Source: Chiloscyllium plagiosum (Eukaryota). Taken from it: a DNA stretch of 64,000 bases. The notes under the pieces are model-generated. The model was not told where the DNA came from. It searched no databases and saw nothing but the letters and a program-made list of their open reading frames with translations. The stretch lies in NCBI RefSeq assembly GCF_004010195.1, contig NC_057719.1:9463112-9527111 (forward strand), given 5' to 3'. Numbering within the stretch: the stretch's first letter is position 1; each line of letters starts with the position of its first letter. Positions 48,227-59,989 of this stretch are shown piece by piece. Both the position numbers and the translations under genes were made by a program.

Positions 48227-49022
48227 TGTTGCATTGCAGCTGCAACTTGATTGGTCAAACTACTTGACATTAAGCAAAACACCATTTATTCATACACTAT
48301 AGTTAAAATATGACAAAAGAAAAAATAAAGAAATGAATTGGCTTAGCTGTGACTCTATTGCAAAACACAACGCAATAATAGATTCAGTAATTATTTCTAA
48401 TTAACTGCTCCAATATAGTAACATCCCATAAGCACACACTTGGAAAAAGGCAAATTCAGAAAGCAGATTGTCTCACATGCAACTCCAGCAGGTAAAAAAA
48501 AAATCAAGGGAAAACTCGGAGAGAGTGCAGCGGAGAGAGATGTACTGCTGTAATCGACCAGCGACAACTGCTACTGAGAAACTAACAAACTAAAAACAAA
48601 AACAGAAATTGCTGGAAAAGCTCAGCAGGTCTGGCAGCATCTGCGGAGAGAAATCAGCGTTGACACTGTGGGTCCGGTGATGCTTCCAATAGAAGGCTGC
48701 TGCCCAGGCCCCTCACCAGGAATCATCAGTTATCACAACCCTGATGAGGGGCTGTTGCCTGAAATGTCGACTCTCCTGCTCCTCGGATACTGCCTGACCT
48801 GCTGTGCTTTTCCAGCACCACACTTTACGACTCTGATTCTCCAGCATCTGCAGTCCTCACTTTCTCCTAGTTGCTTCTATTGATCCAACTTCAAAAAAAT
48901 ACCAAGGCCTCACAAGCTGTTTACTTGACTGGCTTTCCAAATTGACAGCTTGGTAGCCCTGCCTGAAAACCTCTCTTTAAAAAAAGGACAATGTAACCTC
49001 TTAAAGCCATAGTATTATCACA
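48227..49022 (-). mobile_element. Possible LTR-like element interrupted by PLE inserts
   Basis: TG...CA termini and a minus-strand AATAAA near 48285. No TSD confirmed. Confidence 0.25.
48590..48869. mobile_element. Two Penelope terminal-repeat inserts in opposite orientation; plus-strand hammerhead motif at about 48739-48773
   Basis: CC CUGAUGA GGGGC-UGUU-GCCU GAAA UGUC GAC followed by the family A tail ending ctcactttctcct. Confidence 0.75.
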
Positions 49023-49429
49023 CTGCTTCCCGGCTTCAGCACTTTGACTCTGGAGCGGCTTGCAGTCTCAGAAGTGGCCACCAGTCTTGGTGGCGCTGCT
49101 GAGATTATAGATTGGCAGGATCTGCCATCCTGAGATGAAATGTCCTCCCCTCTGACAGGAGTCTTGCCTCCCGCCTGAAAGCTCTGCTTGCATTCCCGTT
49201 TCAGCTACCAGCTGGCACAGGCGAGAAAGGAAAGCCCACCATCAGAAAATATCTGCTCAAGTGTCGGTCCAGTCAATAAGCATCGTCAGGCATGTAAAAG
49301 GAGGGAGGTGCCGTATCAATAAAAGTGAAATATGGCAGATGGTGGGCATCTGAAACACAGAGAATGTTGGAGAAACTCAGCAGGTATGGGGGATCCTGCA
49401 GAGAGAGAAACAGAGCTCCCGTTTGGGGG

Positions 49430-49740
49430 TTTAGATTCCTAACAGCATGGAAATAGGCCCCTCAGCTCAACAAGTCCACACCGACTCTCTGGAGAATAAC
49501 CCACCCAGACCCATTTCCCTCTGACTAATGCACCTAACGCTATGGGCAATTTAGAATGACCAATTCATCTGACCTGCATATCTTTGGGCTGTGGGAGGAA
49601 ACCAGAGCACCCAGATGAAAACCCACGTAGACATGGGGAGAATGTGCAAACTCTACACAGACAGTCACCCAAGGCTGGAATTGAACCTGGGACCCTGGTG
49701 CTGAGAGGCAGCAGTGCTTACCACCGAGCACCATGCCACC
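49430..49740 (-). mobile_element. HE1-type SINE
   Basis: Full head, V-domain and tail. Confidence 0.9.
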
Positions 49741-49754
49741 CAGAAAGCAACGAA

Positions 49755-50147
49755 GCTTGAGGGATGACCGTGTACAGGGGTTCTATAAAATAATGAGGGG
49801 CATAGATATGGTGAATAGCCAACATCTTATTTTGCAGGGTTAGGGGAGTCCAAAACTACAGGGTGTAGGTTTAAGATGAGAGGGGAAAGATTTAAAAGGG
49901 ACCTGAAGGGCAACGTTTTCATGCAGACGGTGGTCCGTGAATGTAATGAGCTGCCAGAGGAAGTGGCGGAGGTTGGTACAATTACAAAATTTAGAAGGCA
50001 TCTGGATGGGTATATGAATAGGAAGGGTTTAGAGGGATATGGGTCAAATGCTGGTAAGTGGAACTAGATTAATTTAGGATATCTGGTTGGCATGGACAAG
50101 TTGGACAGAAGGGTCTATTGTTGAAATGTACAATGCTATGACTCTAC
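49755..50147 (+). mobile_element. HER1-like CR1 3' end
   Basis: MRGERFKRDLKGNVF...ELPEEV..FRRHLDGYMNRKGLEGYG. Confidence 0.88.
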
Positions 50148-51374
50148 AATACTGTACAAGAATCTCACGAGTCTCAAAGCATTACTGCTGTTTTTCTCTG
50201 TCTCCCCAGATGCTGCCAGACCTGCTGAGTTTCTCCAGCGTTCTCTGTGTTATGTACAGCATGAAAGCCATATCCGACCATGGGACAAGCTGTCTACACA
50301 CTCAAAGACTTCAATTTTAAATGGTATGGCAAACCTCCGGGCTCAATTGCCTATGGCTGTTCCTTGCATTTTGTGTTCAGACTGAAAACAAATTATCATC
50401 AAGTTGCATTTACTTTTTTTCCCAATGACCATAAAGCTGTGCTTTCCAGGTTCTTAATCCTTCTACCAGTGGGAACAGTTTCTCCCTGTCTACTGTATAG
50501 GCAAATGTTATGGGGTCATGGGTTCAAATCCCTCAATGTATTTGAATTGAATAAAAATCTAACCTAATTTGAAACCGAGGTGAGGAGGAATTATGTTCCT
50601 CAAAGGGTTGTGAATCTGTGGAATTCACTGTCCCAAAGTGTGGTGCTGGTTGGGAGTCTGAGAAAACTGACTTGAAGGGGGTAAACTGAGTTAACGGATC
50701 TTTAATAAGTGAATGGTTATGGAGAGTGGACAGGAAAGTGGGCTTGAGAGTGAGGTGAGATCAGCCACCCTATTAAAAAACAGAGCAGTCTCACGATTGG
50801 GATGGGCTGATGGCGAATTGCTGACTCCTGTTCTTAATGGTAACCATGTAATTGGCATAAAAACTCAGCTAGTTCACTCATCTCCTTCAGGGAAGAAAAT
50901 CTGCTCTCCCGACCTGGTCTGGCCTACATGTAACTCTAGATCTAAAATAATGGTTTTGACTTGTAACTGCCCACTAGACAGTTAGGGATGGGCTTAGACA
51001 TGAACACATTTGTTGAAAATGGCGAGATTCTTATCAGACTGGAATTGACCACTGTGGTTCAGAAACAGCAGTGCCACCCACTGAGCTACAGTCTGTACAT
51101 AATAGGGTCCTCATGTGGTCCACAAACACACTGGTCCTGATAACACCTTTTCATGTTCTGCCACGTTATGGTGCTATATAAATTGGGGTTACAGTTGCTG
51201 TGTAGACTGGCTCCTGATTCTCAAAAAGTCAATTCAGGACCTGGTATTTTGCATCCTTCATCTGAAGAAGCTGTCTTCAGCAACACCCCTCACCCCACCA
51301 GGATCATAACTCATGCTGACATGTAATTCAGCTGACTGAAGCAATGCATCAGCTCAGTTTCCTTTGCAAACCAG

Positions 51375-51792
51375 AGAAAAAGAGAATGATGGACAGAGAC
51401 AGACAGACAGGAAAAAAGGAGAGAGAGTGTAAGAGACGGAGAGAGACAGAGAGTGAGGGGTGAGACAGAGAGAGACACAGAAAAACAGAGAGAGAGAGAA
51501 GAGAGTAAATGTGAGAGACAGAGAGAGGCACAGAGTGAGGGGTGAGACCATGAGAAACTTAGAGAGACAGAGAGAAAAAAGAGACACAGAGAGTGAGGGG
51601 TGAGACAGAGAGAGACATATAGAGAAAGAGAGAGAAAATGAGAGGCAGAGAGAGTAAGGAGAGAGAGGAGAGACAGAGACAGAGAAAAGAGAAAGAGAAA
51701 GTGTGAGACAGAGAGAGAGAGAGCGAGAGACAGATAAAGTGAGGAGACAGAGAGAGGGAGACTGAGGGTGGAAAGAGAGAAAGTAAGAGAGA
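51375..51792. repeat. GA-rich low-complexity compound microsatellite
   Basis: Nearly pure purine strand with recurring cagagtgaggggtgagac units. Confidence 0.93.
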
Positions 51793-52194
51793 ACAAGTGG
51801 TTGTTTTTAACTGGTGTGGGCATGATGAGGAGAAGGGCCTTTTTTTTGTGCTGTAGATCTCTATTACCCTGTTGAAGGGTTGAATACCATTGGTGAGCAT
51901 GGAGAGAATTATGCCTCATGGTACTCAAAGTAAACCGTTGCTGCCAGCCAGGTTGAAGTCAACCAAACAAATGGAAGCCGGACAAGTCAACTGTGATGGT
52001 ATTGAGGGAGGTCTTGGTTCTTGAACTTCAGAACCAGGACTGACTAAAGCTACTCTTGGTTTTACATGAGAAGGCAGCAAACTCTATGGTCAATCAGCCA
52101 ACCTGACACTTTGAGAAGTTTTTGAGACCATGAAAGATGCTCCATAGTGAGCTCCACAAATTCTCACTTCAGGTGACCTGCCACACTATTCCAG

Positions 52195-52440
52195 AGTCAG
52201 CCGGATTGCTGTAGGTCTGGAGTCACACGTAGGACAGGACGACAGATTTCCTTCCTTAAAGGATATTGGTGAACCACATGGGCTTTTACATCAATTGATG
52301 ATAGCTTCATGGTAAACATCACTGAGATTGGCTTTCATTTTGAGATTTATTAACTGGATTTAAATTCCACCAGCTTTGAACACGTCATCCCAGAGTATTG
52401 GGTGTGTTTACAGCACTATCCCAGTGATATTCCCACTGCA
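52195..52440 (-). mobile_element. tRNA-derived SINE (LINE family 2 partner), degenerate
   Basis: ttgctgtaggtctggagtcaca...cagatttccttccttaaagga...aaattccaccagc. Confidence 0.65.
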
Positions 52441-53914
52441 GAAATCCATTTTCCAACTTTATCAAACGACACGGAAAGACAAATTTCTGCCACCAATCTC
52501 ACACCCATACAACACCACTTTCCTCCTACTCTCCCTCATCCTCCCTTCGCTCCCTCCCCCTCTTCCATCCCATCTCCCTTCCAGAATATATTACAAAGTA
52601 TAAGAACTTGAGACCTGGCCAACAGGAGCAAAATATGCAACACATTTGTGATGGAAACCAAATTTAAACACCAGGGGTAACGTTTCACTGCTTTTAAATC
52701 AAATTTCTTGGAAAAGGGAAGTAATTATTTTGCTTAGAGAGAGAAACTCCTTTAGGAATTGTGCACCAACAATTCATTCAACAAATTTCCTGATTTAAGA
52801 AATTTCTGAACTCATGGGAGATATTCCCTCCGCGGTCTTACGAGCAAACAGTGATAAATTCAACATCCTTCACCACCTCCTGCCTACTCACAGTTCAAGT
52901 GTTGATGAAGTGTCTCTCAGGTTTCCCAATTCCCTCTTTCTTCCCCACTGTGGAATGATGCCTTCAGTCTCCACCCAAAATAGGACCTGCTGTGTGACTT
53001 CAGCGACCTGAGTCCAGCTTATCCGAGGCTGAATACAAAATATCTGCCTGACGGCCAGAAATCAAATAACTCATTTCATCAAGGAGGACACATCCTGTTT
53101 ATTTTAAACGGCTTCCTCACTGATTTCTATAAATTTGTAAATTACAGGTTAAATTGGAAAAACTGCCAAGATCACAGAATTGTTACTGTACCAAAGGAGG
53201 CCATTTGGCCCATCCTTCCTGTGTCAACTCCCCAAAGGAGCAACTTAATGAGCAGCTTCCCTACTTTCTCCCAGATAGCCCTGGATATTCTTCCTTTCTT
53301 AGGTAATGATCTACCTCCCCTGGAGGAATGTCTTCCCTGCGTTAATCTGTGGAATTCTTTAGGGCTGTTGAAGCTGGGTCCTTAAGTAAGATCAAGACAG
53401 ACAAATTTTTAAGGGAAGCATGGGTAATAAGGAAAAGGCAGGAAAGTGGAGTTAAGGTCTATCAGATCAGCATGATCTCAATGAATGGGGGAACACACTC
53501 AATGAGCTCAACTGCCTACTGCTGTTCCTTGTATTTTGTTTTAGGCATGAAAGCAAAATTATCTTCAAGTTGCATTTACTTCTTTTCCCAATGACCTGAA
53601 AGCTGTGCTCTCCACGTGCTTGTTTCTTCTACCAGTGGGAACAGTTTCTCCCTGTCCACTCTACAGAGTGCCCTTTATGACAGAATCATAGGATCGTAGA
53701 ATTTAACGGTACAGAAGGAGGCCATTCAACCCATCGTGTCTATACCGGCTTCCAGAAGAGCTACCCAGCTCGTCCCATCCTCCAGCCCTCTACCTGTAAC
53801 CCTGTCAATTCATCAAATATATGTAGATAATGTTGAAGAACTCTATCAAATCGCCCCTCAGCCATCTCTCAAGGGAAACAGTCCCAACTTCTACCTTTTT
53901 GTAAACAGTTACAG

Positions 53915-54703
53915 AAGCATAGAGATGTACAACATGGAAACAGACCCTTTGGTCCAACCGTCCATGCCGACCAGATATCTCAACCCAATCTAGTCCCATT
54001 TGCCAGCATTTGGCCCATTTCCCTCTAAACCTTCCTATTCATATACCCATCCAGATGTCTTTTAAATGCTGTAATTGTACCAGTCTCCACCACTTTCTCT
54101 GACAGCTTATTCCATACATGCACCACTCTCTGTGTGAAAAAGTTGCCTCTTAGGTCCCTTTTATATCTTACCCCTCTCACCCTAAACTTATGCCCTCTAG
54201 TTCTGGACTCCACCACCCCAAGGAAAAGACCTCATCTATTTACCCTATCCATGCCCCTCACGATTTTACAAACTTCTATATGGTCACCCCTTAACCTCTG
54301 ACACTCCAGGGAAAACAGTCCCAGCCTATTCAACCTCTCCCTATGGCTCAAATCCTTCAACCCTGTCAATATTCTTGTAAATCTTTTCTGAACCATTTCA
54401 AATTTCACAACATCCTTCTGATAGGAAGGAGGGCCAGAATTCCACACAATATTCCAAAAGTGGCCTAACCAATGTCCTGTATAGCTTCAACATGATCTCC
54501 AACTCCTATACCTAAAGGAAAGCATACCAAACGCCTAAAGGAAAGCATACCAAACACCTTCTTCACTAGTCTATCTACCTACGACTCCACTTTCAAGGAA
54601 CTATGAAACTGCACTCCAAGGTCTCTTTGTTCAGCGACACTCTCCAGGATCTTATGATTAAGTGCATAATGACCTGCTCTGATTTGCTTTTCCAAAATGC
54701 ATT
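53915..54703 (-). mobile_element. HER1-like CR1 3' fragment with an internal 23-bp tandem duplication at 54512-54558
   Basis: VQKRFTRIL.GL.DLS.RERLNRLGLFSLE; RTRGHKFRVRG..YKRDLRGNFFTQRVV. Confidence 0.92.
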
Positions 54704-54924
54704 CTTTTTTTTTGTCTACCTCAGTGATTTTGATAGATTCCACACCAATAGAAATTTAAAAAAGAATATGTACAAACAATGTTAATACAGGAAGAAAGGA
54801 AGATTTTAGATGCAAGGGAGGAGTAGCAATCTGGTGACACCATTGCACAGGATGATTTGTGGACTATACAGAAGCAGCATGTGATGGATGTCAGATCTAG
54901 GTTCCACAATCCTGCCATGAATAC

Positions 54925-55595
54925 TGGTGGGCAATTAACCAACTACCAGAACATAGGGGCTTCATAAATATCTCCATCCTCAGCAATGGGGAATTGTGCA
55001 TATCAGTCCAAAAGATCAAGCTGAAGCATTTGCAACAATCTTCAGCCCGAAGTGTCAAGTGGATGATCCATCTCAGCCTCCTCCAGTGCTCCCCAACATC
55101 AGAGGTGCCCGTCTTTAGCCAGTTTGATTCATTCCACGCGATATCAAAGAATGGCTGAAGGCACTGGATTCCACAAAGATTATGGGTCCTGTCAATATCG
55201 CAGCATGAGTACTGATGATAGTGCTTCAGAATTTGTTGCATCTCTCGTCAAACTAATCCAGTACAGCCATAACACTGGCATCTATTGGAAAATGTGGAAA
55301 GTTGCCCAGGTACATCCTGTACAAAAAGCCGAAAAAATCCAACCAGGCCAATTAATGCCTCATGAGTCTATTCTCAATCATCAGTAAAGTGATGGAAGGT
55401 GTCATCATGTGATGCCAATCAAGCAGGCAGCTTTGTCCTGTATGGTATCAAGCTTCTTAGATTTGTTGGAGCTACACCCATCCAGGCAAATAGTGAGTAT
55501 TCCATCACACTTTTGACTAGATGGTGGACAGGTTTTGGGGCGTCAGAAGGTGAGTTACTCGTTGCAGGATTCTTCACCTCTGACCTGCTCTTGTT
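54925..55595. mobile_element. Two LINE family 2 pieces joined tail to tail (plus strand about 54925-55404, minus strand about 55405-55595)
   Basis: Plus: LVKLIQYSHNTGIY..WKVAQVHPV. Minus: VKSVMEYSLFAWMGVAPT. Confidence 0.75.
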
Positions 55596-56801
55596 TGTCA
55601 CTGTGCTAATTCCATCACTTATTGCAAAGCAAACATTGTTTGCAATGGGTCAGCCATGTTCACCAAATGACTGTTTGCCATCCTCCCAAAGGCTTTGTGT
55701 TGTGTAAAATGGGCACTGGACCAGAACACTAACCCCTACTAAAGGACACCTGTTAGCAAAGCAGAAGCTTGGCGTTCCTTAACTACAGATCCTGCAGGAC
55801 ACTTCCCCTGTTCAGGAGAGTGGTAAAAGTCTGTTATTCCTACTCTTGGACTCTTGCCTCCCAGCCAATTTCCTAACCAGGTTAATTACTTGCCTTCAAA
55901 TCTATAAAGCGCCAAATTTGCTGATCACTCTCTTCTGAGAGATGTGATTAAATTCCTTTGGAAACACATATTAATATCCACAGACATTCCCCTGTCCAGC
56001 AGTGACGCCACCTCTTCAAAAACTTCAATCAGGTTTGTCAGGCATGAGCATTCCCTTTACAAATCCAGACTGTTATCTCTTTCTAATCACCTGGGATATT
56101 TTGTGTTATTATTTTCCTTATTCCTTCTGGAGGGAGAACTGAGAATTGAAATGATGCAATTCATTAAGCTGCTTTATCTTCCAGCTGATTAGTGAACATA
56201 TGGATACAAATAATTCCCATTTCCTTTACCTGGCTCATGATCTCTCCTTGGAAAACAAGAATAAATAATTAGTAATGTGCCCTGCCTGATTTTTGACTTT
56301 TTCCCCCCCTCATTTTTGGCATTCCTTTCCTTTCTATTCCATATCCACACCGGCCTCTTACTGTTCGCATTCTGACAATCTCCTTGTTGACTCTATTCCT
56401 ATCTACTCAAGCAGTAAGGCTGAGGACGAAGCCAAGTAACTAACCCTATCTCCCACGATGATGTTTGCAACAAACAGTCTAAGCAACGCTGTCAGAAATA
56501 ACAACCGTCTCTTCAATAGTTGGGAATGTTCCCGGAAACCTCTAAACTAACTTGTGTCATCTAAACGACTCCAGCAGAGATGGTATGTCTGATTTTTAAT
56601 CTGTGCTGCTTGCTGTATTTAACATTGCACCCTTGGATAGAACCCATGGAGAGGAACACCTAACCAAAGAGCAGCATCGTTCATTTGGTCCCAGAAGTTA
56701 ATGCCTTGAAAGCCTCCAAACATGGCTACAAAATACATGTTATACAGCAATATCCTGACCATATTTCACTCGATTCTTTTTCTCAGGGGTATAAAAACAC
56801 T

Positions 56802-57068
56802 TGCAGGAGCAAAGTGCTGGAATCCGTACTGAAAACAACAAATGCTGGAGATCTCAACAGGTCAGGTAGCATCCGTGGAGAGAGAGCAAGGTAATGTCTC
56901 AAGTCCAGATGACTCTTCATCAGAGCTTGGTCTCTCTCTCTCTCTCTCAGTCTCTCTCTCTCTCTCTCTGTCTATATGTCTGTTTCTCTCTCTCTCTCTC
57001 TCTCCTCTCTCTCTCCCCCCACAGATGCTGCCTGACCTGCTGTGATTTCCAGCACTTATGTTTTCGGC
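56802..57068. mobile_element. Fold-back Penelope mini-element with an internal (CT)n expansion and an 11-bp TSD
   Basis: TSD ataaaaacact at 56791-56801 and 57069-57079. Inverted arms; degenerate minus-strand CUGAUGA..GAGA. Confidence 0.75.
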
Positions 57069-57214
57069 ATAAAAACACTCTCATTCCCATAATGACTTTT
57101 ACAATGTCAGGATGCTCCAAGTGCACTGGAATCGAATGAAGTACTTTTGAAGTTTAGTACCAAGTTGCAATGAATGAAATGCAGCTGTCAATGTGTGCAC
57201 AACATGTTCCATAA

Positions 57215-57852
57215 CATAGAGTCCTACAGCACGGAGACAGGCCCTTTGGCTCAAACTGGCCCATTCCAACTAAAATGTCCACACTCTAACCCCATTTCCC
57301 TGCACTTGGCCCATATCCCTCTATCCTTTCCTTCCATGTATTTGTCCAAATGCCTTTTGAATGGTGTTAATGTACCTGCCTCAACCACTTCTGCTGGAAG
57401 CTCATTCCATATGTGTACCACCCTCTGTGTAAAAAAGGCTGCCCCTCAGGTTCCCTTTTATTCTTTCCCCTCTCACCTTAAACTGATGCCCTCTAGTCCT
57501 CTACTCCCCAACCCTGGGAAAAAGAACTGTTTGCATACACTTTATCCATGCTTCTCATGATCTTATACACCTCTATAAAATCCTCCCTCAATATCTTAAG
57601 GTCTGAAGAAAAAAGTCCTAGCTTGACCAACCTCTCCCTACAACTCAGACCACTGGGTCCTGGCTACATCCTTGTGTATTTCTTCTGCCCTATTTCCAAT
57701 TTAATAGCATCCTTCCTTCAGCAAGATGACCAAAACTGAATATAATACTCCTAGTGAAGCCTCACCGATGTTCTGTATAACTCCAATACAACTTCCCAAC
57801 TTCTATACTCAGTGCCCTGACTGATGAAGGCCCTGTGCCAAAGCCTTCTTCA
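57215..57852 (-). mobile_element. CR1 3' fragment
   Basis: Reverse of FTQRVVHIWNELP and QFWSS; tail ctgtctccgtgctgtaggactctatg. Confidence 0.85.
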
Positions 57853-57864
57853 CTGGATTGAGTC

Positions 57865-58230
57865 TTTTTTTGTTCATTCATGGGATAAGGGCATCGCTGG
57901 CTGGACCAGCATTTATCACCCATGGCTAATTGCCCAGAGGCCAGATAAGAGTCAACCACACTGCTGTGGGTCTGGAGTCACATGTCAGCCAGACCAGGTA
58001 AAGATGGTGATTTCCATCCATATAGGACATTGGTGAACCAGGTGGGTTTTTCCAACAATCGACAATGGATTCATGGTCATTGTTAGACTCTTAATCCCAG
58101 ATGTGTTTTTAAAATTGAATGCAAAATCTTTCATCTACCACAGCGGGATTCAAACCTGTATCCCCAGGACATTAGTTTGGTCTTTGGATGAACAGTCCAG
58201 CGGTAATACCACTAGGCCATTGCCTTCCCA
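57865..58230 (-). mobile_element. tRNA-derived SINE (LINE family 2 partner)
   Basis: Near full-length homolog of 18541-18888. Confidence 0.85.
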
Positions 58231-58589
58231 GTGAGGGACATATACTGGCGACCTTGACAAATCCAGATGTGGGGAAAAGCACATCAATCTGCTGACTTCG
58301 GCCATTTGGAATGTCAAAAAAGTAACAGCCACTAACAGTAACTAACGTACTTGTACATTCTGCAGATTGTGTAGGGAGGCTGGTGGGAATGTTCTTCCAG
58401 TGGATAGTCACATGCCATTGTAAATTAGCTGGAAGCTGTAGATGGAAAGGGTTATATTTCAGTGATTCAGCAGAATCATTAATACTGTAAGAAGACTTGT
58501 CTACATGAATGCAAATGCGACACAAGGTGAAATAGCAACTGAGGCCATTCTATGTATATCTAACCAGCTTAGGGTGACATGAATATATC

Positions 58590-59206
58590 GAGGAGAAAGT
58601 GAGGTCTGCAGATGCTGGAGATCAAAGTTGAAACTTTATTGCTGGAACAGCACAGCAGGTCAGGCAGCATCTAGGGAACAGAAGATTCGACGTTTCGGGC
58701 ACATGCCCTTCTTCAGGAATGAGCAGAGAGTGTTCAGCAGGAGAAGATAAAAGGTAGGGAGGAGGGACTTGGAGGAGGGGCGTTGGAAATGTGATAGGTG
58801 GAAAGAGGTCAAGGTGAGGGTGATAGGTCGGAGTAGGGTGGAGGCGGAGAGGTCAAGAGAAGACTGCAGGTCAGGAAGGCGGTGCCGGGCTGGAGGGATC
58901 CGGCTGAGACAAGGTGGGGGGAGGGGGGATGAAGAAACTGGTGAAGTCCAAGTTCATCCCCTGCGGTTGGAGGGTTCCCAGTCGGAAGATAAGACGCTCC
59001 TCCTCCGACCGTCGGGTTGTTGTGGTTTGGCGGTGGATGAGTCCAATGACCTGCATATCCTCGGTGGAGTGGGAGGGGGAAATGCTATGCTACAGGGTGG
59101 TTGGGTTGGTTCGTCCGGGTGGCCCAGAGGTGCTCTCTGAATCGCTCCGCAAGTAGGCGGCCTGTCTCCCCAATATAGAGGAGGCCACACCGGCTGCAGC
59201 GGATGC
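58590..59206 (-). mobile_element. 5'-truncated Penelope-like element (family A): GIY-YIG endonuclease, 3' UTR and hammerhead-bearing terminal repeat, with an 8-bp TSD
   Basis: Minus strand: (VI)YCIRCSRCGLLYIGETGRLLAERFREH...EEERLIFRLGTLQPQGMNLDF. TSD aatatatc at 58582-58589 and 59207-59214. Confidence 0.92.
58685..58720 (-). ncRNA. Intact minimal type I hammerhead ribozyme motif
   Basis: AUUC CUGAAGA A GGGC-AUGU-GCCC GAAA C GUC GAAU: 4-bp helix I, helix II, palindromic ACGU helix III and a GUC cleavage triplet. Confidence 0.85.
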
Positions 59207-59214
59207 AATATATC
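58935..59214 (-). pseudogene. Penelope GIY-YIG endonuclease domain (disrupted)
   Basis: Y-C-x-x-C-x-x-C-x3-YIGET, R..EH, catalytic-type E and terminal G.N. A stop codon and deletion lie near 59085-59092. Confidence 0.85.
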
Positions 59215-59583
59215 ACCTTGGTGACTGTTTCCTTCTCAATATCTTTCCAACCTTCTATTTATTTTAAGCTGGTAAATGCATCCTAGTAAGCTCTGGGAGA
59301 ACAATGAGAACTTCCAAGGCTAGAATTGATGCATTTCTATTCCTTTGTTAACTTTAACAGGATATTCTTTTATTCCTTCTTTCCCTTATGTACTAATTTA
59401 AGTTTCTCTTTAATACCTCTCCGTTGTACCATGTTCCCCACTCTAAACACTCTCTAAAAGAGAGGCACTGGATTTATTAGTTGACTATGACAGATATCTG
59501 ACCCCAATTTTAAACTTTGCTACAAGTGGAAACAACTTCTTTGCAACTACTTTGACAATCTCTTTCATGGTTTCAGAGAACTC

Positions 59584-59651
59584 AGGAGAAAGTGAGGACT
59601 GCAGATGCTGGAGATCAGAGCTTAAAAACGTGTTGCCCTTCTTCAGGAATG
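59584..59651 (-). mobile_element. Internally deleted Penelope family A terminal repeat
   Basis: aggagaaagtgaggactgcagatgctggagatcagagcttaaaaacgtgttg joined to cccttcttcaggaatg. Confidence 0.75.
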
Positions 59652-59989
59652 AGGACCTATACAGGTGTTTAGCCAACACAGAAGCTTCCTTCCACCTGAC
59701 CTCATTGAACACCACCAGGAAAAATTACTTCTTTCTCAAAGAACCTTTTGTTTATTAAGAGTCAAACCTCATATTAAATAATAAAGAGTTTAGTCTAGTA
59801 GCAAAGATTAGATAACTGCAGACTTTAGAAGCTCGTAGGTCATGGACAGAGGCAAACAGAGGGAGTTGATGCTTTGTGAGGCAGATGTAGATGGATCCTT
59901 GATTTTCAAGAGGAGGAAAGATTATCGGGGGTATACAGGGATGGAAAGGTGAGGTAAAAATTGGAACAGTTCACGCTGTTCTTTCATTG

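Noticed and set aside
47750..48250. 166-aa Gly/Pro-rich ORF and possible promoter around the G17 run at 47873-47889
   Set aside because: No recognisable domain, a non-ATG start, and too few CpGs for an island. It probably reflects GC-skewed or repeat-derived sequence.
51311..51928. 205-aa Ser/Leu-rich ORF
   Set aside because: It is a translation of the CT/GA low-complexity tract.
54925..55595. Twin-priming 5' inversion
   Set aside because: The two LINE pieces are tail to tail with no 3' tail or TSD, which is not the twin-priming geometry.
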